Of a DNA stretch of 57,175 nucleotides, positions 1-9,504 are shown in pieces. The translations under genes were made by a program, and so were the position numbers. The notes under the pieces were generated by a model that was not told the DNA's origin, ran no database searches, and saw only the letters and a list, made by a program, of their open reading frames with translations. Source of the DNA: an uncultured Erysipelotrichaceae bacterium (GTDB lineage Bacteria > Bacillota_I > Bacilli_A > RF39 > UBA660); the NCBI GenBank assembly GCA_902797265.1, contig CADBSF010000023.1, forward strand, positions 1 to 57,175, given 5' to 3'. How positions within the stretch are numbered: the stretch's first letter is position 1; the number at the start of each line of letters is the position of its first letter.

Positions 1-39
1 TGATTCAACTGGATTTTCCCCTTTTCTTTCTTCTTCCAT
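1..39 (-). CDS. 5' end of a gene running off the left edge (partial, MEEERKGENPVES...)
   Basis: ATG at 37-39 (minus) with a GGAGGA RBS 7 nt upstream. Only 13 codons are visible. Confidence 0.3.
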   Translation of the reverse strand, partial: MEEERKGENPVES

Positions 40-57
40 TTTCTTTTCCTCCTTATT

Positions 58-1020
58 CTAATTAATCGCAATGGATTTTAGTCCATATTTACCATTGCTA
101 TCTTTTTTAAATATAAAAGTAGTAATTGGTAATTCATCTTTATGTTGTTCATAAATAACATCAAACTCAACGGATGAATTATTTGAAGAAACAACACTAT
201 AAATTGGTGTAGTTTCTCCTTTTCCTTCTTTATAATAATCAGTTACTGGTCCACAAGTACCTCCACATGGATTACCATATAAAACTTTTGTCTGAACTTG
301 AATGGTTCCTAATTTTTCATTCTTAATAGCTTTTATAAAATACGTATGAAATCTTGCATAACTTCTTCCATCATGACCATGAGTATCAGAATACTCATAT
401 TTAGATCCATTCAAAGTATAGAATACTCCATCTCCGTTAAAGCACATAATATTTTCATTCTTATAGGTAAAATCAGCTCCATATATTTTTTGAATTGCTT
501 CTCTTAATTCTTCTCTACTAAAACTTTTTGGATATTGTGGATAACCATTAGAATCCTTTTCCTCTAAAAAGTATAATCCACTTTGTAAAACATCTTGATT
601 AGTAAGACCTGTAACCTTTAATGGATAATCATCAGAATAAAACCGATTAAAATAAGAAACTACATAGTCATAATAATCTAATTGATTCATAACCTCTTGC
701 TCACTTATCTCAACAATAGTAGAAACAGATGTTTCGGTCTTTTCAATTTTATCACAATTATTAATTGCATTTTTATAATAATATAATCCTACAAAAAATC
801 CCATTCCAAAAAAATCTGCCATTAAAATAATAATTAAAATACTTACATAGATTGGATGAGTCTTTTGTTCTTTTTTTAATTCTTTTGCTTCTTGCAACTC
901 AACTTTCATTTTTTCTTCTTCTATTTTTTTCATAATTTGAGTCTGTTGCATATCTTTGATATCAGAAATATCAACATCTAGTGATTCAATTTTCTCTTCC
1001 CCTTTTTTTTCTTGTCCCAT
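58..1020 (-). CDS. hypothetical N-terminally membrane-anchored protein
   Basis: Track ORF 58..1041. GGAGGA RBS lies 6 nt before the internal ATG at 1020 (MGQEKKGEE...). It has a charged coiled N-terminus, one TM helix (IYVSILIIILMADFFGMGFFVGLYYY) and an extracytoplasmic domain with no recognised motif. Confidence 0.6.
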   Translation of the reverse strand: MGQEKKGEEKIESLDVDISDIKDMQQTQIMKKIEEEKMKVELQEAKELKKEQKTHPIYVSILIIILMADFFGMGFFVGLYYYKNAINNCDKIEKTETSVSTIVEISEQEVMNQLDYYDYVVSYFNRFYSDDYPLKVTGLTNQDVLQSGLYFLEEKDSNGYPQYPKSFSREELREAIQKIYGADFTYKNENIMCFNGDGVFYTLNGSKYEYSDTHGHDGRSYARFHTYFIKAIKNEKLGTIQVQTKVLYGNPCGGTCGPVTDYYKEGKGETTPIYSVVSSNNSSVEFDVIYEQHKDELPITTFIFKKDSNGKYGLKSIAIN

Positions 1021-1094
1021 AGCATATCCTCCATAATCCAATTATAACAAATAATCGACAAAAAATGTAAAATACCTGTTTTAAAAAATGTAAA

Positions 1095-2099
1095 CTATTG
1101 TTTTTGATGTAAAATAAACTGATAACTATCTTTTACCATATCTTCTATCCCTAGTTCTGCTTTCCAACCAAGTTCTTGATAAGCTTTTGTACTATCTGCA
1201 TAACAGCAGGCAATATCTCCACTTCTTCTTTCAACAATTTTATAAGGAATTGTAACATTATTTTCTTTTTCAAATGCATGAATAATATCTAATACACTAT
1301 ATCCAATTCCAGTACCTAAATTATAATAAGATATTCCTGTTAATTCATTAGACTTTTCAAGTGCCTTAATATGCCCTTTAGCTAAATCTACTACATGAAT
1401 ATAATCTCTTACTCCTGTACCATCATGAGTATCATAATCATTTCCAAATACGCTTAACATTTCTAATTCACCTGTTGCGACTCTAACAATATAAGGCATT
1501 AAATTATTAGGAATTCCATTTGGTATCTCTCCTAATAATCCAGATTTATGAGCTCCTATTGGATTAAAGTAACGTAATACAATTGCTTTAAAATCTTTAT
1601 TAGAAATACAAATGTCTTTTAATATTCTTTCATTCATATATTTACTCGTTCCATAAGGATTCGTAGTATTACCAACCTCAGATTCTTCCGTAATTGGTAA
1701 TTCATGAGGAGTTCCATATACGGTTGCAGAAGATGAAAAGATAATGGTATTACAGTTATTCTCTTGCATTACTTCACATAGATGTAGTGTCGATAATAAA
1801 TTATTTTCATAATAAAGAATTGGTTTTTGTACACTTTCTCCTACTGCTTTATATCCTGCAAAATGGATAACAGCATCAATTTCTTCTTCTCTAAATATCT
1901 TTCTTAATAAATCTTTATCACAAACATCTCCTTGATAAAACTTAAAATCTTTTCCTGTTATTTCTTTAACTCGATTACAAACATCAATACTGGAATTATA
2001 TAAATTATCAATTACAACTACTTCATAATTTCCATTTAATAATTCAACAACCGTATGACTTCCAATAAATCCTAATCCACCAGTAACTAATATTTTCAT
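1095..2099 (-). CDS. galE: UDP-glucose 4-epimerase
   Basis: Rossmann motif [16 protein letters not shown] and SDR catalytic YxxxK (YGTSKYMNE). Length is typical for GalE. GGAGGA RBS lies 4 nt before the ATG at 2099 (track ORF starts 4 codons earlier). Confidence 0.9.
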   Translation of the reverse strand: MKILVTGGLGFIGSHTVVELLNGNYEVVVIDNLYNSSIDVCNRVKEITGKDFKFYQGDVCDKDLLRKIFREEEIDAVIHFAGYKAVGESVQKPILYYENNLLSTLHLCEVMQENNCNTIIFSSSATVYGTPHELPITEESEVGNTTNPYGTSKYMNERILKDICISNKDFKAIVLRYFNPIGAHKSGLLGEIPNGIPNNLMPYIVRVATGELEMLSVFGNDYDTHDGTGVRDYIHVVDLAKGHIKALEKSNELTGISYYNLGTGIGYSVLDIIHAFEKENNVTIPYKIVERRSGDIACCYADSTKAYQELGWKAELGIEDMVKDSYQFILHQKQ

Positions 2100-2100
2100 T

Positions 2101-2616
2101 TTATCCTCCATATACTTGATTATATACCTCTAAAGCATATAACATTTCTCTTCCTATATTTTCATCTATTTCTCCAGAAGAAATATTCCTCTTAAGGAAA
2201 TCTTCTAGTCCTAATAAATCAACATAATATAATTCAAAATCACTTTTTCTTTCTAATTCATCATATTTTGTAAGAGAAAAATTAGGAATTTCATCAGAAA
2301 GAATACGATAATAATAAATACTATTCTTTACTTTTCTTCCTGTATTAAAATAATCATGATCATAAGTAATAATATTCAAAAAAGGATCTTCTTCTATTTC
2401 TACTGTAATTCCTGCTTCTTCCTTTATTTCTCTTATTAAAGAAAGTTTTATATCCTCTCCTTCCTCAACATGTCCTCCTAAAAACTGATAAGTATGATTA
2501 TTATAAGCTAGTAATATTTTCCCAGTTTTTGTAATAACAAGTCCTTTTACTCGTATAACATTCATTTGAATATCATTATCAGTTAATTTTTCATCGTTAA
2601 TAATTATTGTTTGCAT
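2101..2616 (-). CDS. NUDIX hydrolase
   Basis: Nudix box [24 protein letters not shown] (GX5EX7REUXEEXGU). The ATG at 2616 follows the upstream stop codon by 2 nt; the track start at 2637 is a TTG. Confidence 0.8.
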   Translation of the reverse strand: MQTIIINDEKLTDNDIQMNVIRVKGLVITKTGKILLAYNNHTYQFLGGHVEEGEDIKLSLIREIKEEAGITVEIEEDPFLNIITYDHDYFNTGRKVKNSIYYYRILSDEIPNFSLTKYDELERKSDFELYYVDLLGLEDFLKRNISSGEIDENIGREMLYALEVYNQVYGG

Positions 2617-2618
2617 AT

Positions 2619-3539
2619 TTATAAATACCTTTCCCAATATTCTGTAGTTGAAGGAGTAACTGTATTTAAAATATATTCAATTGTACGAGCAATTAAAGTT
2701 GCTTTTTTCCAAACAGTTTGTCCTTCTGTTAAACATTTAGCTTTTTCAATAGCCATCATATATTCAAAAGTAGAAGCTCTATCTTCTGTATCTTGCATTT
2801 GTGCATAATTATTTACAAAAGGAGAATTTTCTAAAAAAGTATTACTATAGGAAAGCGTTGAATCAACAATACCATACTGAAATCCATTTGGATTGAATGC
2901 ATTCCAAGTATTATAATTAGCTCCTTTTTTAAATAAATATCTTTCTATATAATGATAGGATTCATGATAAAAGGATTCTTCAAAAGAATGAGATACTGAA
3001 ATAGAAATTTTCGCATAACTATTATTAGAATCTGTAATTCCTGTAACATTAATATCAGAAAAATGATGAACTAATTGAATTGTTAAAGGTAATCCTCCAT
3101 CTCTTATTTCTTGAAATAATCCTTCTGGATAATTTTGTAAACATCCTTCTAACTGAATTAAAGAATCATGAATCATAGAATTATCCGTTAAAGAAATAAC
3201 ATCTATATCTTCTATTTTATAATAGTCAGTATCTTTCCCATATAATATTGTTATTCCATATTTATTTTTTATCTTTTTTTTTAGATTCTTATTTTCTTCT
3301 TCTGTATAAGAAGATGTTACTTTTTCTTCTAAAGAAGAATCATTTTCATTATTAGGTTTATCAATATGAATAGAGGAATCATTATTATTTACAGGAATCA
3401 CATCTTTTATCGGATCTAAAACTCTTTCATGAATATTAGATAGTTGTAAAATTATACCACAAAAAATAAAAGTAAGAGCAATAGACATTAATATACGGGC
3501 AAAATGATACATTTTAAGATTATTATTTTGCTTCTGCAT
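2619..3539 (-). CDS. membrane-anchored protein with HExxH motif (putative zinc metallopeptidase-like)
   Basis: N-terminal TM helix (ILMSIALTFIFCGIILQL) and an HESYH (HExxH) motif in the C-terminal domain (SFYHESYHYIERY). The family is not identified. Confidence 0.45.
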   Translation of the reverse strand: MQKQNNNLKMYHFARILMSIALTFIFCGIILQLSNIHERVLDPIKDVIPVNNNDSSIHIDKPNNENDSSLEEKVTSSYTEEENKNLKKKIKNKYGITILYGKDTDYYKIEDIDVISLTDNSMIHDSLIQLEGCLQNYPEGLFQEIRDGGLPLTIQLVHHFSDINVTGITDSNNSYAKISISVSHSFEESFYHESYHYIERYLFKKGANYNTWNAFNPNGFQYGIVDSTLSYSNTFLENSPFVNNYAQMQDTEDRASTFEYMMAIEKAKCLTEGQTVWKKATLIARTIEYILNTVTPSTTEYWERYL

Positions 3540-3584
3540 ATTAACATCTCCTCAATACTTTTACATTTCTTATTATTAATATAA

Positions 3585-4016
3585 TTATTGAAATAAATTT
3601 ATACTATCTATATCATTAGAATAGTCTAATATTTTTTTTGCATCTTGTTCATTAAATCCTTCTATTGTGAAGATATCATTATTTTCAGTAATGAAACGAA
3701 TGGTATATAGATTTTCTCTATTTGATGGAATCATATCTTTTGTTACCACTTTTGTTTTTTGTTGTATTAATGATACCATTGGTAATAAGAATTCCTTATA
3801 AAAATCATTATTCCAAGGATATTCCAAAGATTCAAACTCTTTTTTTTCTCCATTTAAGCCAATTAAATAAGATTGAATAGAAACAACAAGAGATTGAATG
3901 TTTAGATGAAAATGAATCGATACTTCTTTTGTAGATACTTGAAATAAATTAGCTATTTTTTGATATAAATCTTTATAATTCAACCGATTCACCTTCTTAT
4001 TTAACAACTGCTCCAC
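3585..4016 (-). CDS. hypothetical protein
   Basis: 143-aa ORF co-directional with its neighbours and overlapping the upstream gene by 20 nt. No motif recognised. Confidence 0.5.
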   Translation of the reverse strand: MEQLLNKKVNRLNYKDLYQKIANLFQVSTKEVSIHFHLNIQSLVVSIQSYLIGLNGEKKEFESLEYPWNNDFYKEFLLPMVSLIQQKTKVVTKDMIPSNRENLYTIRFITENNDIFTIEGFNEQDAKKILDYSNDIDSINLFQ

Positions 4017-5625
4017 TTGTTTGTAATTTTTTATTTAGGGAACTTATTTGTTCATAGATTTCTTGTGCTTCTGATATTTTTCCTTCTTTATAATAATTAT
4101 TAGCTTGTTGCATTAAAGTCTCTATCTGACTTTGTATACTTGCAAAATCTTCATTACCATTAATACTACTATCACTATTCAAAACTCCTGTATTCAATAA
4201 ATTATAAAATAAAACTGTTTGTACATCACGAGAACTTCTTAAATTGTTTCCTTGTTTTGTAGAAATTAAAATTGCTCTAGGATTATTAGTATCTGCTTTA
4301 CTAAAAACTGCTTTTTCTTCTTCTTCCTTTTCTAATAGATTAGCAAAACCACTTTCTTCTGTTGTTTCTACACTGTCTTCATTTGTAGATATTGGTACTT
4401 CTACATTAGTATTATCTTCTTGTGTTTCTTCTGATTGCTTTTCTTCTTCAGTAGTTTCTGGTGGTATTACTACTTCTTCTTTTTCTTCTTCAGCATATGA
4501 AGTTGGTAAAGAACTATTATTTTCTTTGGCTTCTTCGTTGTTTTCTTCTGGCTGTTTCTCTTCTTCTTTATTTTCAGGTGGTATTACTGCCTCTTCTTTT
4601 TTTTCTTCTTCTGATTCGTTTGATTCTTGAGGTGTTACTGGTGCAGGTTGTTCTGTAGTTGTGTTTTGAGCAAATCCTGGAATATTAATAGATTTTAGAT
4701 AATTTTCTATAATCTCTTCTTCACTTAGTTTTCCTGTAGAAGTTTCTTCTTCTGGCTCTTTAGAAATCTCGTTTTCTTCTTTAACTTCTTCGTTGTTTTC
4801 TTCTGGTTGTTTCTCTTCTTTATTTTCCTCACTAGAAATTTTTTTTTCTTCTTCTGTACTTTCCTCTTTTGGTTCTTCTTTCTTTTCTTCTTCTGAAGGT
4901 TCTCCGAATGGTAAGTCGATATCATTATCTTCTTCACTTACTTCTTTTTTTGTTACTTCTGGTGATTTTTCTTCTTTATTTTCTTCATTAGAAGTTTCTT
5001 TTTCTTCTTCTGTTACTTCTTTATTTGTTTCTTCTTTAGAATCATCCTTTTGAATATCTTCTATAGAATCATCTTCAGCTATATTTTCTTTTTTCTCTTC
5101 TTCTGAAGGTTCTCCGAATGGTAAGTCAATATCATCTTCTTCACTTACTTCTTCTTTTGTTACTTCTTTAGAATCATCCTTTTGAATATCTTCTTTAGAA
5201 TCATCTTCTACTTTATTTTCTTTTTTCTCTTCTTCTACAGCATTTTCTTCTTTTGATTCTTCTTCAGTGGTATTAACATCTGAATCTAAACTATTGAAAA
5301 CACTTTCATCAACAGGAATCATTTCATTCTCTTCGATAGAAGTTATCTCATCTTGTTGATTTAATTCTTTTGAATAGGAATCTAATTTCTTAATCGTTTC
5401 CATTAATTGATTTGTAGATGCAATTAGACTTTTTACAGACTCCCTTTGACTAGAACCAATAGACTCTAATCTTTCTTTTTCTTCTTTATCTTCTGTTTTA
5501 TCTATTTCATCACGAAGAGAAAGTAACTTAGAGTTTTCATTCGTTACAATATCAAATAAAGCTGCTTTTACATTTCTACTAGCAATCTCATATCTTTTAT
5601 TCTTAAATATATAATTTGAATTCAT
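3997..5625 (-). CDS. acidic Glu/Lys-rich internally repetitive protein
   Basis: 542-aa ORF with a structured N-terminus, a ~350-aa E/K/D/S low-complexity core with repeated blocks (DIDLPFGEPSEEEKKE x2, KEE(E)KQPEENNEE x2, VIPPE x2) and a helical C-terminus. Confidence 0.65.
   Translation of the reverse strand: MNSNYIFKNKRYEIASRNVKAALFDIVTNENSKLLSLRDEIDKTEDKEEKERLESIGSSQRESVKSLIASTNQLMETIKKLDSYSKELNQQDEITSIEENEMIPVDESVFNSLDSDVNTTEEESKEENAVEEEKKENKVEDDSKEDIQKDDSKEVTKEEVSEEDDIDLPFGEPSEEEKKENIAEDDSIEDIQKDDSKEETNKEVTEEEKETSNEENKEEKSPEVTKKEVSEEDNDIDLPFGEPSEEEKKEEPKEESTEEEKKISSEENKEEKQPEENNEEVKEENEISKEPEEETSTGKLSEEEIIENYLKSINIPGFAQNTTTEQPAPVTPQESNESEEEKKEEAVIPPENKEEEKQPEENNEEAKENNSSLPTSYAEEEKEEVVIPPETTEEEKQSEETQEDNTNVEVPISTNEDSVETTEESGFANLLEKEEEEKAVFSKADTNNPRAILISTKQGNNLRSSRDVQTVLFYNLLNTGVLNSDSSINGNEDFASIQSQIETLMQQANNYYKEGKISEAQEIYEQISSLNKKLQTSGAVVK
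4891..5130 (-). repeat. in-frame 210-bp direct repeat inside the E/K-rich gene
   Basis: ttctgaaggttctccgaatggtaagtc(g/a)atatcat occurs at 4891 and again at 5101 (period 210 nt = 70 aa). A second block, cttcttcgttgttttcttctgg, occurs near 4530 and 4786. Confidence 0.65.
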
Positions 5626-5642
5626 CCTTCACACCACCATTC

Positions 5643-5915
5643 TTACATATTTGCAATTTTCTTCATTAGTTTTTGTACTTTTGCCCATTCAAGATCGTCA
5701 ACTATTTCTTGAATTTGAATGACTTCACCTTTTTTTACAACCTTAGATACGTATATTACTTCATCATCAGAAACACCCGTTTTTTCTCCTTTAGAATAAA
5801 CAAGATAAGCATTTGTCTGATCATCGTCCATTAAAAAGGTAACTAGTTCCACTTCCATTGTAGAACCATCACTATTTTGAATCGTTATCATTTCTTTTGT
5901 ATTTTCCATATCCAT
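5643..5915 (-). CDS. DUF1292-family small acidic protein
   Basis: 90 aa. The pattern ITIQNSDGSTMEVELVTFL...YLVY...E..I..I.D..EW..V matches my memory of the DUF1292/UPF0473 family. Confidence 0.6.
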   Translation of the reverse strand: MDMENTKEMITIQNSDGSTMEVELVTFLMDDDQTNAYLVYSKGEKTGVSDDEVIYVSKVVKKGEVIQIQEIVDDLEWAKVQKLMKKIANM

Positions 5916-5947
5916 GCACCTCTTATTCTCTAATATATATTATACAT

Positions 5948-5975
5948 AAAAAAAGATAGGATGTAAACATCCTAT
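5948..5975 (-). terminator. rho-independent terminator after the Trx-CcdA-like gene
   Basis: Minus strand: ATAGGATG-TTTA-CATCCTAT hairpin (8-bp stem) followed by CTTTTTTT. Confidence 0.75.
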
Positions 5976-5985
5976 ACAATAAATT

Positions 5986-7209
5986 TTATTGAAATTGAAA
6001 CATTAACCATCCAGGTTTAAAAAGTAATAATAAACCAACAATAAGCATAATAATACCTCCAAGTAAATGAGAATACTTATTATACTTGGTAGAAATACCA
6101 GTTACTTTCATAGTAAACATAGCTATTAAGAAAACAATGATATCATCAATTAAAAAGAATATAATATACAGTAAAGTATAGAAAAACTTCATAGTATTTG
6201 ATACATTATTTAAAACAAGTAATTCACTAAATACTAATGGAAGCCCTGCTGAACATGCAAGTTCTACTAAATTAACACTAACAGCAAGTCCCATAACTCC
6301 TATTAAAGCTAGAACAAAACTTTTTTCACTAGTAAATTTTCTTATTTTTTGTAAAATATTTTTTCTTTTTTTATCATCAACTACTTCACAACCACTATCT
6401 CTACTTTTCAGAAAACTTCTTAGATTCCAAATTCCTCCAATTAAAGCAATAATCGCAATAATATTTCTAATCCAAATAATCGTTGTAATTTTAACTGCTA
6501 CTTGTATCCAAGATAACATAATCAACATATAAATGAGTGCTGAAGTAATTAAAAAAGCTAATCCTAAAGTCCACATTCTTTTTCGATTCTTCATACCTAG
6601 TAAAATACTAATTAAGAATAATAATACCCACATAGCGCAAGGATTAAATCCATCAATAAATCCGATAATAACAGATGCTGATACTAAAGATACATTTTGT
6701 AAATTAATTTTACCAAAAAAAGGAGTATCTACTGTTAAACCATTCTCTGTTTCTAATTCTGATTGATAAAATCCATTTTCTTGATTTAATTCTTCTTCTT
6801 TAAAAGTACCATTTTTAATTCTTTTTACTTGATCGATATAATCATGATTAGAATAATACTTAATTGCTCTTTCAATTTTACCACCCGTAGATTCTTTAAA
6901 TCCTGTAATTATAGTATCTCCTATAACAGTAGTAGGAACACCACTCGTATATTTTGAATAAGCATTTAATACTTTTTGTAATAAATCTGCATTATTAACG
7001 TTATACCATACTTCATACTTTACAATTTTTAAATTAGGATATTTGCCTTTAAAAGAAGAAATATAATCTAATTCTTCTTTACAATGAGGACATCCATCTC
7101 CATGAAAAATATACATCGTGATCTCATTCTTTTTTGCACTAACATCCTTTATCAAAAAAGGACAACATAAAAGAAGAAGAATTATGATTCTTTTTAACTT
7201 ATTACTCAT
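5986..7209 (-). CDS. signal-peptide thioredoxin-fold domain (CPHC) fused to a CcdA/DsbD-like thiol-disulfide membrane transporter
   Basis: Signal/anchor LLLLCCPFLIKDVSA, then a redox motif GDGCPHCKEE in a Grx/Trx-like domain. A polytopic membrane domain follows, with Cys-containing TM motifs FNPCAMW and ELACSAGLP as in CcdA/DsbD. Confidence 0.6.
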   Translation of the reverse strand: MSNKLKRIIILLLLCCPFLIKDVSAKKNEITMYIFHGDGCPHCKEELDYISSFKGKYPNLKIVKYEVWYNVNNADLLQKVLNAYSKYTSGVPTTVIGDTIITGFKESTGGKIERAIKYYSNHDYIDQVKRIKNGTFKEEELNQENGFYQSELETENGLTVDTPFFGKINLQNVSLVSASVIIGFIDGFNPCAMWVLLFLISILLGMKNRKRMWTLGLAFLITSALIYMLIMLSWIQVAVKITTIIWIRNIIAIIALIGGIWNLRSFLKSRDSGCEVVDDKKRKNILQKIRKFTSEKSFVLALIGVMGLAVSVNLVELACSAGLPLVFSELLVLNNVSNTMKFFYTLLYIIFFLIDDIIVFLIAMFTMKVTGISTKYNKYSHLLGGIIMLIVGLLLLFKPGWLMFQFQ

Positions 7210-7472
7210 TCTACTGCACCAACCTCTTTTAATTTATTCATTATATCTTGGTAAGAAAATTCTCCTACCATTCGAAATAGTTCTACATTATCTTTAAAAA
7301 AGATAAATACGGGTAAAACATCTCCTGGTGAATATTTCATTGCTTCTTCTTCATCCATGTCATAGTCATATTCGATGCATTCAATAGAAGTATTATCTTT
7401 TAATTGTTTCCAAACTTTATTCATCACAAGACATCCACTACACCAAATAGCTCCTATCTTAACAAGTTTCAT
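7206..7472 (-). CDS. thioredoxin-like protein
   Basis: 88 aa with a WCSGC (CxxC) active-site motif near the N-terminus. There is a 4-nt overlap with the downstream gene. Confidence 0.7.
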   Translation of the reverse strand: MKLVKIGAIWCSGCLVMNKVWKQLKDNTSIECIEYDYDMDEEEAMKYSPGDVLPVFIFFKDNVELFRMVGEFSYQDIMNKLKEVGAVE

Positions 7473-7475
7473 ATC

Positions 7476-8600
7476 TTACCTCCCAAAATCTAGTTGTTTT
7501 AAACATTCTTTAAAAGATTCTATAAAAGTATCAATCTCCTCTTTAGTAGTAAGATAGCTTAAACTAATTCTTAAACTACTACTAGCTCTATTTTTATCTT
7601 TTGTAACAGCATAAACAGCTTTTGAATAATCTCCAACAGAGCAAGCTGTTTGCGTGGATATAAATATATCTTTTTCTTCTAAAGCATGAAGCATTACTTC
7701 ACTTTTAATATTATTTAAACTAATATTAATTACATGATTAACACAACAAGAATTACTATTAATAGAAATATCTAATTCTTTTAATTGATTCAGTAAATAA
7801 TCGTGGATTTCCTTTACTTGCTCACATTTTGTATCAAAATCTTCATACATTAAACGTAAGGCTTTCGCAAAAGAAGCTATCAAAGGAGTTGCTGGAGTAC
7901 CACTTCTAAATATAGTAGTAGATTTTCCTCCATGAATTAAAGGATCAATTACTAATGATTCTTTTTTTATTAAAGCTCCTATTCCTTTCATTCCATAGAA
8001 TTTCTGACATGACATAGAAGCCATATCTAAGCAAGAAAGATTAATCTTCATCTTTCCAATACTTTGAGTTACATCACTATGAAAAATAGTTTTAGGATTC
8101 TTTTTTCTAATGACTTTACTGATTTTTTCCAAATCTTGACAAATTCCTACTTCACTATTTACGGAACAAATACTGACAAGAATCGTATCATCACGTATTA
8201 ATTCTTCTAAGTTTTTTAAATCTACTTGACCATTCTCATCTAGTTTTACAAAGCTTACATCAAATCCTTTACTAGATAAATAATTCAGAGGAGCAATAAT
8301 GGAAGAATGCTCCAACTCTGTTGTGATGATATGATGTCCTCTATTTTCATATCGAGAACATACTCCTTTTATCGCAAGATTATTTGCTTCACTAGCACCA
8401 CTCGTATAAATAACTTCACTGACTTTTACTCCTAAAATATCAGCAATTTGTTTCGTACTAGCATCTATTAATTGTTTTGCTTTTACTCCTAAAGAATGTA
8501 AGGAATTAGGATTTCCTATAAAATCTCTACAAACACTACTATAAGTATCAATTACTTCTTCCCTAACAGGTGTAGTAGCACTATAATCTAAATAAATCAT
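7476..8600 (-). CDS. cysteine desulfurase (NifS/IscS-like class V aminotransferase)
   Basis: Starts MIYLDYSATTP. PLP-lysine context SCQKFYGMKGIGAL and a C-terminal catalytic-loop Cys (STQTACSVG). 374 aa. Confidence 0.85.
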   Translation of the reverse strand: MIYLDYSATTPVREEVIDTYSSVCRDFIGNPNSLHSLGVKAKQLIDASTKQIADILGVKVSEVIYTSGASEANNLAIKGVCSRYENRGHHIITTELEHSSIIAPLNYLSSKGFDVSFVKLDENGQVDLKNLEELIRDDTILVSICSVNSEVGICQDLEKISKVIRKKNPKTIFHSDVTQSIGKMKINLSCLDMASMSCQKFYGMKGIGALIKKESLVIDPLIHGGKSTTIFRSGTPATPLIASFAKALRLMYEDFDTKCEQVKEIHDYLLNQLKELDISINSNSCCVNHVINISLNNIKSEVMLHALEEKDIFISTQTACSVGDYSKAVYAVTKDKNRASSSLRISLSYLTTKEEIDTFIESFKECLKQLDFGR

Positions 8601-8620
8601 TTAAAAACCTCCAGTCATTA

Positions 8621-8887
8621 TTACTTGTTTGTATTTTGATAATAATCTCTTTCACTAATACTTTTAGAAATCGATTCTAAGTCATCAGAATCAAGATCAC
8701 CATCCATTAATACTTCTTCTATTTCATATATAATTTCTTTTAAACTATTACAGTTTAAATAAGGTATTTGATATTTTTTTAAAACATCTATTTCATAATT
8801 AGTAAGCATCATTCCATGAATATCTTGAAAAGAATTCTTAGAAAAATCAATTTGACTTACTAATTCTTCTATATTATAATCTGTCAT
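8621..8887 (-). CDS. hypothetical small acidic protein
   Basis: 88-aa ORF with a 4-nt overlap with the upstream gene. No motif recognised. Confidence 0.45.
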   Translation of the reverse strand: MTDYNIEELVSQIDFSKNSFQDIHGMMLTNYEIDVLKKYQIPYLNCNSLKEIIYEIEEVLMDGDLDSDDLESISKSISERDYYQNTNK

Positions 8888-9408
8888 TTACACTGATATC
8901 CTCTCTGTCTTAATAATTTCATATATTCTCCATCTGTATAACTATCAGTAACTCCAAGAGTTAATACATTACTACTTTTGGTATTAGAATCAATTTTTAT
9001 TTCTAAAGGATTTTCTTCTGAAAATGTAATATTATCTAATAGTATCGTTTCTTTCTTTTTTACATGTATTTCAATAATAATCTTATCTTCACTAATGGTA
9101 TATTTTACATTTTTCCCTAAATATTCTAATGTTTTATCTAATGATTTTATAATATTATCGATATCTTCCTTCTTAGATTTTCCTGTTAAGGAAATTGTCT
9201 TGGTAACATCAATACTTTTAATTTTCTTTCCTTCTATTTTAGATATTACTTCTTCTGTAAAATAGATTCCCGAAGAATAACTCTTTGTTTTTTTACAAGT
9301 CACTTCTTTTTGTTTAATAGAACTAAAAAATGACACGATGATGATAATAAATAGAAATACTCCAATAATGGGTAACTTCATACTTCTTCTAGTATTCATG
9401 AACATCAC
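8884..9408 (-). CDS. hypothetical membrane-anchored protein
   Basis: 174 aa with an N-terminal TM helix (LPIIGVFLFIIIIVSFFSSI). No motif recognised. Confidence 0.5.
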   Translation of the reverse strand: MMFMNTRRSMKLPIIGVFLFIIIIVSFFSSIKQKEVTCKKTKSYSSGIYFTEEVISKIEGKKIKSIDVTKTISLTGKSKKEDIDNIIKSLDKTLEYLGKNVKYTISEDKIIIEIHVKKKETILLDNITFSEENPLEIKIDSNTKSSNVLTLGVTDSYTDGEYMKLLRQRGYQCK

Positions 9409-9468
9409 CTCTATTAAAAGTATACAATATTTTCAAAAAAAAACCAATAGTGTGAGAAAAAATCTGTC

Positions 9469-9495
9469 AAAAAAAGCATCTACATAAATAGATAC
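9469..9495 (-). terminator. rho-independent terminator after phosphoketolase
   Basis: Minus strand: GTATCTA-TTTATG-TAGATGC hairpin (one G-U pair) followed by TTTTTTT. Confidence 0.6.
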
Positions 9496-9504
9496 TCTTT
9501 ATCA

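Noticed and set aside
1003-1010. Homopolymer tracts in 5' coding regions as phase-variation switches (A8 at 1003-1010 in the 58-1020 gene; A9 at 3274-3282; A9 at 4849-4857)
   Set aside because: Runs of 8-9 A/T are expected at this base composition within Lys-rich coding sequence. I see no evidence of frame-restoring alternative ORFs.
2611-2808. Plus-strand ORFs antisense to clear minus-strand genes: 2611-2808, 4244-4630, 4461-4658, 4793-5053, 6533-6766, 7375-7557, 8978-9265, 20781-20975, 21665-21868, 22336-22554, 26944-27258, 30063-30464, 32927-33127, 34460-34642, 35480-35719, 36224-36409, 38835-39023, 42298-42501, 43947-44141, 47029-47367, 47926-48210, 52541-52738, 52911-53219, 53624-53806, 54028-54258, 54341-54553
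   Set aside because: Each lies entirely inside a longer, motif-supported or operon-consistent gene on the opposite strand. Their composition is skewed (S/F/L/I-rich) as expected from reverse-complemented AT-rich coding sequence, and they lack RBSs. They are treated as spurious.
4725-4937. Same-strand nested alternative-frame ORFs: 4725-4937, 10014-10229, 24269-24520, 27195-27428, 30293-30505, 40796-40990, 47835-48020, 49624-49812
   Set aside because: They are embedded in other frames of well-supported genes (for example the K-rich 4725-4937 ORF is a frame-shifted reading of the GAA/AAA repeats). They have no independent start signals.
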